A DNA stretch of 64,000 bases from Lingula anatina (taxonomy: Eukaryota > Animalia > Brachiopoda), in NCBI GenBank assembly GCA_051362555.1, contig CM120643.1, forward strand, positions 23,130,848-23,194,847. The letters run 5' to 3'. Shown piece by piece: positions 13,652 through 25,058 of the stretch; position 1 is the first letter of the stretch, and each line of letters opens with the position of its first letter. Below the pieces are notes generated by a model. That model worked only from the letters and a program-made list of their open reading frames with translations. It was not told where the DNA came from and searched no databases. The position numbers were made by a program, and so were the translations under genes.

Positions 13652-13867
13652 TTAATAATAATCATAAATACACTCGCATCTGTATGTCCACTGCCCGTTG
13701 GAGTAGGAAGCCGAGGCCATCTGACATTCTTTACCCCCGGTACACGAGCCGACGCATTTGTTGGTCTGCGAGTCCATGGAACAGGCCTCAGCCACAGTGC
13801 ACAACATGCTGAGCTGGTACACCGTCAGCAGAAGGATTGTCAGGGCGAATAGTGAAGACCTTTGCAT
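13652..13867 (-). CDS. Small secreted cysteine-rich peptide (CS-alpha/beta defensin/toxin-like spacing)
   Basis: Hydrophobic signal peptide ending AEA, then 43 aa with C-X8-C-X3-C-X5-C-X15-C-X-C. Acceptor ttcacag just upstream of the ATG (13876-13877), candidate upstream UTR-exon donor at 14641-14642, AATAAA at 13308-13313. Confidence 0.8.
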   Translation of the reverse strand: MQRSSLFALTILLLTVYQLSMLCTVAEACSMDSQTNKCVGSCTGGKECQMASASYSNGQWTYRCECIYDYY

Positions 13868-14839
13868 GGCTGATTCTGTGAAAGAGGAAGGTTAAAAATG
13901 TTAGCAGGACAAGTACATTTCATGCTTTTCTAAGCGGTACAGATAAGATGTGAAAAAGTAAATAGCGATGAAGATTGTTCTTTCAAAATAACTATTTTTT
14001 CCCTTCAGAAAACCGTTTTGATATCATTTCAATCAACTTTATTTCAAAAGGTATGTTTCAGATAAAAACAATGAATCCTACATCTTGGAATATTGATATT
14101 TGGATATACCTCGTATTCTTGGAATTTGTTTTCATCTGAATATTTCGAAATAGAAACCACCCAGTTATATTCCAAGGTGATTATCTAAACTACGCAGAAC
14201 ACGAACCAACTGAGAGTTGGTAGGGTGTACAAACCAGCGCAATCATGCAAATCCCACAGAGTAAATAATAGAAAGACATTTTCAGACAAGGCTTGGAATA
14301 TCCGTACAAAAAATTCGACATGGGCCAACTTGCCGCCTCAAAGATTTCTGCGCCTCCATGCTAAGAAAAATGGGGGATTCGAGATCACGTAGCATACTGA
14401 TACTGACAAGAGTTCGCTCACTATATGTGAGAACAATCCATCTACCTATTTCTGTTTTTATCCGATTCATATCAATATTTTCTTCTTTCCAATAAAAATC
14501 AAAATAAGAAATTCAGCAAATTCAAGTGTTTTCTTCTCTTTACATTAATCATGTACATGAATGTCGTAATTCTCCCACCTGTACATGTACGGGTAACCCC
14601 CCTCTCTCCGACAACCAATTAAAAAAAAAACTGCCTATTTACCTTAGCTGGTAAAACCCCTTGGAACAGGTAGAAGAAGATACGCCTAGCTGGACCTCTG
14701 TCTAACAAAACTGTTAAACTGACTCGCTTTATCGCAGGGAGTGGGTTTAAAATGATCAATAAAATTGGTGTGCGCATGCTCACAACTTGTCATGGCACAC
14801 GTGGTCTATATCTAAATAATGAGAATAAATTAACTGACA

Positions 14840-14946
14840 CTTTTTATTCTTTCACACCTTAATCGACACACCTTTGCTAACAGTCATTAAACCACTTTTT
14901 ATTTCTTTCACACCTTAATCGATACACCTTTTCAAACTGTCATTAT
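14840..14946. repeat. Two-copy ~55-bp tandem duplication upstream of the Cys-rich peptide gene
   Basis: ctttttatt(t)cttt(c)acaccttaatcga.acaccttt...gtcatta occurs twice. Confidence 0.75.
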
Positions 14947-15472
14947 AAACCACCATTTCAACCTGGCTCTATTGTTTGAATATGGCATATGTCGCAGTAA
15001 ACCCAGCAGATAGAATGAATTCTTTTTTTAACCTTGAATGGAGAAAAACTGACAAGCGTACCAATAATTATCTGCAAATCCATTGTCTGTTTCTTTTTTC
15101 TACCTTCAACCTTCCTCTTTCACAGATACATTGAAAATGTGAAATCCATCTGATTTTTTAGCTACCGTTGTTACCACAAGGTGTTTCTGGGGGGAATTAT
15201 AAACGTTAACATCAATCCTCCTTGTCGTGTGGAAGTTTAGACATTTCAAAAGAAGAAATTATACCCAGGAGGTATTTAAATGACGGTGAATAAGAGTTCG
15301 TTACGTAGCACTATTCACTTGCTATTGGTAGACGAGATAAACATAAACTTTGCAATGTGTAATTAATGTGCAGAGAAAAATAAACCTCATGATGCTAAAA
15401 AATTATTGAACAGAGCTTTACATTGGCATAACGAGTGAACAAGTGAGGGCCAAGGTAAATAAGGAGTCGTTT

Positions 15473-15688
15473 CAGAGGCGGATTTAAGGGTCTAGATCCC
15501 TCTTTCGGTTTTTGAAAAAAAATCACACCAATAATCCTCTTGTTATTAGAATTCTGACTAGCTGAGTCATAATAAGTTCTAAACCGTGTCAAATACCACC
15601 ATTTGGTCTTCCAAAACATCATAATTTTCGAAGCCCTTCAGCAGGCCCCGACCCCCCCCCCCTTCAAATAATTCTGAATCCGACCTCG
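15473..15688. mobile_element. Degenerate MITE (CAGAGGCGGAT...ATCCGACCTCG ends)
   Basis: Imperfect terminal inverted repeats with a poly-C tract. Internal sequence matches 34866-35090 in inverted orientation. Confidence 0.5.
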
Positions 15689-15989
15689 CGCTTACACCTC
15701 ATTCAAGTAGGATTCTAATCTGGGAGTATTTATCTAGTCCAAAGTGAAGGTCGCTTGTCCAACTGAATGGAAAAAAAGAAATGACATTCGTTAGAGTTAT
15801 GAATCGTTATATTCGGCTGGAATCAGATTAGGTGAAAACACATTTTTTTACAATAATTAGTTGATTTGTTCAATTGCTTTTTTTTTGACATACAGTTTAG
15901 TGCTTATCAACTATGACTGTGGTAGGTGCGTACGTATATAAACGACACTGCCAAGCTCGACTGACATGAGTAGCAATTGTCCAAAACGT

Positions 15990-16062
15990 TAGCTCTGCCA
16001 GGTCTCGAACCTGGGACCTTCAGCGTGTAAAGCTGACGTGATCGCCACTACACTACAGAACC
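15990..16062 (-). tRNA. trnV-TAC: tRNA-Val(TAC)
   Basis: GGTTCTGTAGTGTAGTGGCGATCACGTCAGCTTTACACGCTGAAGGTCCCAGGTTCGAGACCTGGCAGAGCTA: 73 nt, full cloverleaf, anticodon stem TCAGC/GCTGA, T-stem CCAGG/CCTGG, two G-U pairs in the acceptor stem, followed by a TTTT terminator. Confidence 0.9.
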
Positions 16063-16998
16063 GTCTATTAACAGAGAATTTTAGGGCGCAACAAATTGAA
16101 CAATTCAACAAAACGACTCTTAGAAATATAACAATTGTCCAAAATACTGCTTTCAACAGATTTCGAAAACCAGTATACAATTCACATGCCAATCCCTAAA
16201 ACACCCCCCCCCCTTCAAAAAATTCTGGACCCGCCCCTGGAATTACCTAAGAATTATTCTAATTTTTTTTTTATTTAAAAATTCTATTGTATTTCCATCA
16301 AAGCATACAGCAATAATATTGCTATTCTCCGTGTGACGCTCATGCTGCCCTGCTACCTGAATTCAGATGTTTATATTTTCATTTTATTTTGCACTGAGAT
16401 AACGTTTGGTTTCACCTTTGACGTTATAGAGCACGATGAGATCCACAGCTGTTCACACCTTGGCGTTTTCAGATTTGAGAAGTCTTCACTCATTCAATGG
16501 TGACTTTGGAATTGCCCCGGGTACTTTATGAACATATGAACAGTCTTGAGAAACAGGGACCCAAAATAGGAAGGGGTGCATAAAAAGACAAAACGTAAAA
16601 GCAATAGAGGCGACACAACTTTTATAAGAAATAAAACTTTTTCCTCTGATAATCCCACCGGGAAAATAGCCCATTTTGATGAAATTGCAGCATGACAGGC
16701 AAGGCCCCATGCGGGGTAAGCTATAGCTCAATTCAAGTTTGATCTGTGGCGTAGCTGGAAAAGGATAGAGATCAATGACCACGTCAGCACCATTTTAAGG
16801 AACTTTAAGCGGAGAGAAAGGAAATATTGTTGACGACGCAGACTTTATGCTAATATGTTCTTTTGCTAAATCGATCACTCAATCAAAAGTATATGGTTTT
16901 ATTGTGCAAAAGGTAATTTGCTAGGACCCACGAGAGGGCGCATTCGTTCTGGTGACTGCCCGATCGAGGGGCAAGGTCGTTGTCGTGATGAGCTTACG

Positions 16999-17105
16999 TG
17001 CCTCATCCGGGATTCGAACTCGTGACTTCTCGTTACCATGGTTGGTGACGCCTTGTATTGTCTTTTTTTGCATCCATGCACGCTACCGACTGCACCGTGA
17101 CTGAC
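16999..17105 (-). pseudogene. tRNA-like cassette A (copy 1; copy 2 at 18466-18572; decayed copy ~20040-20135)
   Basis: A-box/D-arm-like GGTGCAGTCGGTAGCGT, stem CATGG..CCATG around an enlarged loop, B-box GAGTTCGAATCC. The acceptor stem does not pair cleanly. Confidence 0.55.
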
Positions 17106-17193
17106 CCGCCCACCCTCCGTACGTCCGCGTTTCCTTTTATAGTACTCAAAAGCAAATTTTCCAGATTATTTCTAGGAGAAAAAAAGTTACGTT

Positions 17194-17279
17194 CAACGAG
17201 CTGGGACTCGAACCCGCGTACAAACGTCTTCTCACGCACAAGGAAACGGAGTTACCACGGCACCACGGAAGCTTCGTTG
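17194..17279 (-). pseudogene. tRNA-like cassette B (copy 1; copy 2 at 18662-18747)
   Basis: A-box TGGTGCCGTGG and B-box GGTTCGAGTCC at tRNA-like spacing, flanked by pairing CAACGA/TCGTTG. The anticodon arm is degenerate. Confidence 0.55.
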
Positions 17280-20185
17280 GCAGATGGTGAATCAAATGGA
17301 AACTTTCTATCTTGTCAGGGAGAAGACCAGATTGGACGTACATGGATACATCTGCTATTGCAATCGATAATCCTGGTGCCCTGTTTCATACCGCCCAACC
17401 CTAGTCCCCGAGCATGGTGCACTTAGACGTGTCTGAGAACCCGACAGGAAGAATTCTCACAGAGCTGACTTCTTTTTTTAAATTGGGAGTTTGTTGTATA
17501 CCCAGATTTATCTTGCCTTTACCAGTGACACGGAAGAGTACTTTGAGTTCAAACGCGGCTCACAGCAGGCGGGTTTTAGTTTTAGCGAGGCCTTAAGAAG
17601 CTGATACCGTAATAAAAACGTTCAAATGTTCTAAAACTGGTGCGTTTTCCATTCAAGCAATTGCGGCGATGCGAATTTCGAGTAAAACATTTTTTTGTCA
17701 AATTATTCCGCCTAGAAGATGTCATTTTTTTCTCTGCTGAACGTGGTGTTATACATGAAGCTACTGAATCAATCAAGTTCGATCGGTTTCATTGCTATTT
17801 CGCTCGGAACGTTCCTAGTTACCTGAATTCAGATGTTTATATTTTCATTTTATTTTGCACTGAGATAACGTTTGGTTTCACCTTTGACGTTATAGAGCTC
17901 GATGAGATCCACAGCTGTTCACACCTTGGCGTTTTCAGATTTGAGTAGTCTTCACTCATTCAATGGTGACTTTGGAGTTGCCCCGGGTACTCTATGAACA
18001 TATGAACAGTCTTGAGAAACAGGGACCCAAGATAGGAAGGGGTGCATAAAAAGACAAAACGTTAAAGCAATAGAGGCGACACAACTTTTATAAGAAATAA
18101 AACTTTTTTCCTCTGATAATCCCACCGGGAAAATAGCCCATTTTGATGAAATTGCAGCATGACAGGCAAGGACCCATGCGGGGTAAGCTATAGCTCAATT
18201 CAAGTTTGATCTGTGGCGTAGCTGGAAAAGGATAGAGATCAATGACCAAGTCAGCACCATTTTAAGGAACTTTAAGCGGAGAGAAAGGAAATATTGTTGA
18301 CGACGCAGACTTTATGCTAATATGTTCTTTTGCTAAATCGATCACTCAATCAAAAGTATATGGTTTTATTGTGCAAAAGGTAATTTGCTAGGACCCACGA
18401 GAGGGCGCATTCGTTCTGGTGACTGCCCGATCGAGGGGCAAGGTCGTTGTCGTGATGAGCTTACGTGCCTCATCCGGGATTCGAACTCGTGACTTCTCGT
18501 TACCATGGTTGGTGACGCCTTGTATTGTCTTTTTTTGCATCCATGCACGCTACCGACTGCACCGTGACTGACCCGCCCACCCTCCGTACGTCCGCGTTTC
18601 CTTTTATAGTACTCAAAAGCAAATTTTCCAGATTATTTCTAGGAGAAAAAAAAGTTACGTTCAACGAGCTGGGACTCGAACCCGCGTACAAACGTCTTCC
18701 CACGTACAAGGAAACGGAGTTACCACGGAGCCACGGAAGCTTCGTTGGCAGATGGTGAATCAAATGGAAACTTTCTATCTTGTCAGGGAGAAGACCAGAT
18801 TGGACGTACATGGATACATCTGCTATTGCAATCGATAATCCTGGTGCCCTGTTTCATACCGCCCAACCCTAGTCCCCGAGCATGGTGCACTTAGACGTGT
18901 CTGAGAACCCGACAGGAAGAATTCTCACAGAGCTGACTTCTTTTTTTAAATTGGGAGTTTGTTGTATACCCAGATTTATCTTGCCTTTACCAGTGACACG
19001 GAAGAGTACTTTGAGTTCAAACGCGGCTCACAGCAGGCGGGTTTTAGTTTTAGCGAGGCCTTAAGAAGCTGATACCGTAATAAAAACGTTCAAATGTACA
19101 AAAACTGATGTGTTTTTTTTTCCAATCAAGCAATTGCGGCGATGCGAATTTCGAGTAAAACATTTTTTTTGTCAAATAATTCCGCCTAGTAGATGCAATC
19201 TTAATTCAAGTTTAATCCGTGACGTAGTTGGAAAAGGCGTTTCCTCTTATAGTAATTCAAAGCAAATTTAACAGAATATTTCTTTAAAAAAGTTTCATTC
19301 AATGTGCTGGCACTCGCACCCGGTACATGTATGGTGCTATAACGGGAATGCTCTTGAATCAATTTAAGTTACGTCGCTTTTTTATATAAGCCTGCCAGGA
19401 ACTTCCCTAGTTAGATGATTTCAGTTGCTGTTATTTTTTATCTTGTTTTACACTGAGTTTATGATTCACTTCACCTGTGACGTTATAGAGCACCATGAGA
19501 CCCAAAGCATTTCACAAATGAGCGATTTTAGTTGCGAATAGTCTTTGCCATTTCAAACGTCCACTGTGGAGTTGCCCCAGGTAATGTATGAATATACATT
19601 ATGTACAGTCTTGATAACCAAGGCCAAAGGGGGGGGGGGGGGGGGGATTAAAAACAAAATATTTGATTAGGTAAAACAATAGTGGCGATGTGACTTTTGA
19701 CGAAAATATCTTTGGATGAAAGTGCTGTATGACACGCATGGCGCCATAGCGGGTAAAGTATTGACTCAATTCAATTTTGATCTGTTGCGCAATTGGTAAA
19801 GTATAGTGATCAACGACCATCCCCGCCTGCGTATAAATTAAACACTTTGAAACAAAAAGAAAAGAAATATAATTGACCACGCAGACTTTATAATAATGAC
19901 TAGCAATAAGTGGTTGTCAAAATCGATCACTAAACTATACTAGATTTTTATGTAAAGGTAATATGCTGCAAAGGTAATACACGACAGCCTGCATTCGTTT
20001 TCGATTGCGGGGCCAGGTCGTTGTTGTAGTGAGCTGCCTTGCGTCATCTGGGATTGCCTTACCGTTACCTTGGTTTACTGATGGCTTGGTATTTTTTGCA
20101 ACCATGCACGCTACCGACTGCGTCGCGAGTGACCCGCCCACCCTCCTCTTATGGTAATCAAACGAAATTTTGAGGAATTATTTCA

Positions 20186-20228
<43 letters not shown>

Positions 20229-20859
20229 GGGGGGGGGGGGAATCAAGAAGTAGACCTTAAAATTAGAACAGGCTAATCATCGTCTAGCGAGCCCAAAACG
20301 GCGAAGTTACCACGGAGCTACAGAAGCTTCGTTGGTAGATTGCAGACCAAATAGAAACTTTCTACTTTCTCTCAGAGAGGGCCAGTTTGGCTGTATATAC
20401 TACCCTATACTTTACCAATTGCGCAACAGATCAAAATTGAATTGTTATATTGCATCCCGCGCAGCGCCAGTCTTCGAACTTGGTATCATCATCAACGTTG
20501 TTATAGTTCATTATGTACACGAGCACTTATTTGAGAAGCCGACACGGAGCGTTCCTAGATATATTACTTTTTTTACCCCCCCCCCCCGCCCCGAGCCTAC
20601 CCCACAGCTGCTTTAAGTAGCGCAGCCCACACGTCAATACAAAACCTAGCGTACACTAAATATGACCTTAGCTAGCTCCTCATATTCATATAGATCAGAG
20701 TCACATGCATTCATAATTGTATACACTTGACGAATAAAAAAATCTTCAAAATCGATAAAATCCTTTAATATTCTGTAATACATTAAAACGTTTTGATATG
20801 ACACTCATGCTTATATGTTGTCACTAAAATAACTAACTATAGTGCATCTTGACAAACTA

Positions 20860-23800
20860 TCACTCCACGGTGAATTCTATTCCAACATCGTATTCTGTTC
20901 CCCCTGCCTCGTGACACACGCTCAAGTACACTCTCTCGCCAAGTGTCCCCGTATTAATCATCTTCGACCACGTGGAGCCGTCCTGGTCAAGTAAAGTGTG
21001 GACAAAATTATTATCTTCGCCAAAACTTTGAACGGCCACAGACGCAACACCTGGGATATACACCTTGAATTCAACATCTTGATTATTTGGAAGTTTGCCC
21101 GTGACCGGCGAGATTAAATGGCAATCCGGTCCAAATACGGAAGAGTTGATATCTGGGAATACGACCGGATCGGTTGCGTCATTGTCACATTGAATGAGGT
21201 AGTCCGCAATTTGAAAATATACTTTTTCTTTGTTGGTAGAGTTTGTTGATTTAGCACCATATAGAGTAAATTTGAAGTTTCCAATTTCTGGCAGGCTTGT
21301 CTTGAAAACTAGATTCTCTCCCTGCTGTTGTTTTAGAATAAGGTTTTCAGGAAGTTCCCTGTCGTCTGCTGTAGTCAGACGGCCATAAACGTCTACCGGT
21401 TTGGTAGCTTTGAATTCCAGTGAGGCCTGTCCGTTCTCGGCCGACACTTTCGGCCCTATTTCACTAGACAAACCAAGCTCCGTTCCAAGGGGGAGTAGCC
21501 CCCACAGCACCGAGGACGGCATCGCTCTTGGGAGATTTTCCACCGATGAACAGTCAATGACATAGTCTAACAGTCTGTATCCCATGGAAGTTCCTGACTG
21601 CTCTGATTCAGTAGTATTAAACCCGTGAATTGTCAAAAGATACACCCCTGGACAGGGAGGGATGATCTGGAAGACTACCAAATCCACAGAAGAGTCTTTC
21701 TGCTGTTCTCTGTGGACAAGGCAGTACCGGTCATTGTTCTGTCCAGATTGCATGTCATTCAGCTGACCACTAAAACTCAATGACTTCGGGGATGTGATTT
21801 TGATCTCTATGTCGTTAATGAACTTTAAATGACCATTTTGATGCGACAATTTGCGGGGAGACAGCCCCATGGTGAAGAACTCGGGCTGTGGGGAGACGGT
21901 CCCTTCAAACTCGTGCAGAGATCTTGGCGTCTTGGTCAACTGCCAAGCGTTTGGACTGCACGAGCTGTCTGTGGCTTCTAGTGGAAAGTGAGAATATATC
22001 AGTTCTTCGGGGTCCGTTAAAAACCAAAAGTCTTCTAGGACGAACTGAAACGAAAGTGCAGCGTTTAGTCATTTTGATGTCTCAATTTTTGGTTCCAAAG
22101 TTTAATATCGAAGCTAGAAAAATAAAATAGAATAATTTAATATTCTTTGATGGTTCCATTGACGGTGTATATATTTTTTCTGTGGACAATGATTTTGGTA
22201 GTCGGTGATGTGGGTGAACCAAAGGGGCTGTTTCTCTCCTACTTTTTCTAAAATTAGATGGCAGATTCAGTGTCATTTTGTTTCCAGAAGCTCCTGCCCC
22301 TCTTTTTAAATCTCGAGTCTGACAGTGGACAATTTTATATGATGAACAGTAAAAACTACCACTTCAAAAATATTTACATATTTTAAGTTCATATTTTTAG
22401 TTGGTAAAGCTTTGGAATAAAAAAACATGGTAAAAGTAATTATTTGTAAAACTGGGTTCTTTTTGTAAAATCACATCATGTCATCGTACCTTGAACTGTT
22501 TATCTTGCGTCACATGCCCCGTGCCCCACGTGCAATCGATTAGACGCCAGGTGTTTTCCAGGAACACAGCGTTCCAAGCGTGGTCACTGTCCTTCCCTTG
22601 AAAAGACTGTCCAGGAATGTAGCCATAGCCCTTGCTATATCCACGGATCTTCTTGGCCTGTATTCCGCTTAGCCTTTGGTAGAAAAGCCAGTCATAATTT
22701 TATAAATAGGAAAACGGAAATACAAAATGTCACGGACAGAAACTTGACATTGGGCTTTTTTTTTTTACTGTCATTTTAATTTTCAGAAGACTTCTATACC
22801 CAAGTACATAACGTCTTGTGAACTTCTCCTATAGCATGAACGTACCAACTGAATCAAACAGAATGAAGTCGGAGGAAATTCATGATTTTGAAAAATAAAG
22901 GCAAAACTAAAAGAAAAAAAAACATTCCAAAACTGAACAGCTTACTTGCACATCTGTAGAAACAAGTTGCTGTACCCATCACAAGAGGCCTTCCGACTTC
23001 GTAGAACATCTTCACATTCACTGCCAATAGAAGTAGGATTTCCAGCTAAGAAGTTTTCCAGATCGTACCTGTAAAGATGAAAGATATATCAATAACATGT
23101 TGTTACACAAGAACTTCTATATAGTCAGGAATTTTACAGGGGGGGGGGGGTCTTTTTCTGAAACAGTGGACCGTTTACCATGAAACCTTTGTATACCTAG
23201 ATCACATTTTATCTAGAGCGGAAAAAATGGCGGCTCATTCGAACCTCCACCCCCCACCCCCATCTACGTGCCTGGCTTCATTAGACAAACTGCAGTCAGA
23301 ATATGTGTGCTGCACGTCGAACATAACCGAAGCATAAAGCACCAAGATTTTACCAGGGGTCAATAGTAAAATTTCGAATTCCCACTTACCAAACCAATGC
23401 CCAGTGCAGTTTATTTCATTTCAAATAAATAAATAAATAAAAGATTTTAAAGAAAGATGAGAAAAATATATGATTACAAATATTGATCATTCTCGTTAAC
23501 CAATTTATTAATTTCGCCTTGGCTTACCGTATGTTATGAGTTATCCAGCGGAAGAAGACTCGGACTCTGTCCAGGTCGGACCCACATGGCCGGAGAAGAT
23601 GGTTTACTAAATTCTGAAGAGAAGACGTTTCGGACGATGGTGTCTAAAATAAAGATGCAATTGTTATAAATGCCAACAAACCTATTATGTGGATTATTCA
23701 GGCTGCAAATGTTGTGCTACTGTTTAAGCTGAATTAGATATAGAATTCCATAGGGAATAATGTGAAAAAAAAAAGAAATTGATGAATTTAATCAATTCAA

Positions 23801-24050
23801 TCAGTTTGTTCAAAAGTAAATATGTGAACTGTTTACTTACATTTATTGCATGGTTGTCTATTTCATCAAAGTTTTTACAAGAAAGATATTGTTTTTTGCT
23901 GCAAGATGGCGGAACTGGCTCTATGTCGTCTGCCTTTTTCCCTGGAGTGATATCTATGTCGGCTGATACAACATGGCCATTTTCTTGACTATCCTTTGTC
24001 TTGATCTCCTTTTCAGCTATTGCTGGATCTTTTGAAGCACCACATCCCAT
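20860..24050 (-). CDS. Kyphoscoliosis-peptidase (KY)/hillarin-like transglutaminase-fold protein; exons 24050-23841, 23643-23528, 23068-22946, 22673-22490, 22044-20860
   Basis: Motifs RVFFRWITHNIRYD, ASCDGYSNLF (Cys), GYSKGYGY, HAWNAV (His), LIDCTWG (Asp), FLTDPEELIYSHFP, then Ig-like C-terminal repeats. N-terminus MGCGASK. Probable UTR-exon donor near 25204. Confidence 0.9.
23126..23273. mobile_element. Degenerate copy of the 26375-26535 MITE family in a KY intron
   Basis: Shares the gggggt.cttttt..agtggacc..tacctagatca.atttta..ttcgaacc..ctacg.gcctg core. Confidence 0.6.
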
Positions 24051-24269
24051 GCTGGCTCTCTGCAGAATGGAATGACTTAATTATTTTTTTTACTGTAAAG
24101 AAGTAAAGGTCCTATTTATCTCGTACTTTATTAATTACACTTAGAATGGAGAGACGTAATTTTCTTTTCAAACTTTTAAATGTGCCATTATAAACGTACA
24201 TTAGTCTGTTTGTTGTCAAATATTGACATCTGTGTATTTTCTTTTAAGAATATTTTTTTTATACGCCAC

Positions 24270-24322
<53 letters not shown>

Positions 24323-25014
24323 TGTGTCTGTGGGTGTGTGGGTGTGTGTGTGTGTGTGGGGGGGGGGGGTGTTTGTGTGTGCGGTGATACTATACTTGTA
24401 GCAGAAGCACTGGAAGCGTGATGAACTTTGATTTAACCCAAACTGCACGATTCAGGTCTTCCCATGCGAATTGAAATAGTATTTATGGTAGCCTTATATG
24501 CAGAGGCATGACACTGCCTTAGATTTGATGAATAATTATTGTTACAGACGGTTTAAATCCCATGAATACTGACTACCAAAAAAGAACCTCGAAGCTTTGA
24601 GCTTCGTTAACCGTCTGCAGAGCGTCATCACAATGCCTATTCACTTTAACAAGACTTTTGCATAGACACGAAAGGACATGGCCTACTTTTACATATCAGT
24701 ATCAAGTTTAGGTGAGATTGTAGAGGAAAATCTATCTCGACTATATTTAATAAAGGACACATATCGTAAATGTGTGTTTGCTAATGGTGGACTTTCTAGT
24801 GGCGCTTGCGGATTATAATTATACAATATAAATATTCCCTGATGATAGCCTAGTTTGTTTAGCAGTCCCCCACCTTCTGTATCTATCTATCTCTCATATA
24901 CCATTAATGATGGTAAAAAAAAAAAAAAAAAAAAACATACCAATGCACGCTGTATATTATGGGGACCTGGTGAAAGACACACTGTATACCTGTGTCCTGC
25001 TAGTGGACACGCGC

Positions 25015-25058
<44 letters not shown>

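Larger units (their letters stand above)
16354..20400. repeat. Tandem array of a ~1.47-kb unit: copy 1 16354-17819, copy 2 17820-~19195 (near identical), deleted fragments ~19200-19330, diverged copy 3 ~19340-20400
   Basis: tacctgaattcagatg recurs at 16354 and 17820. Identical ORF-track entries are offset by 1467-1468 nt. A third copy is alignable by eye but much more diverged. Confidence 0.92.

Noticed and set aside
16685-16790. Faint U6 snRNA-like words in the array unit
   Set aside because: No ACAGAGA box or collinear similarity to U6
16486-19064. Duplicated short ORFs in the tandem array
   Set aside because: Identity comes from the DNA duplication; frames differ between copies by indels and no protein motifs are recognisable
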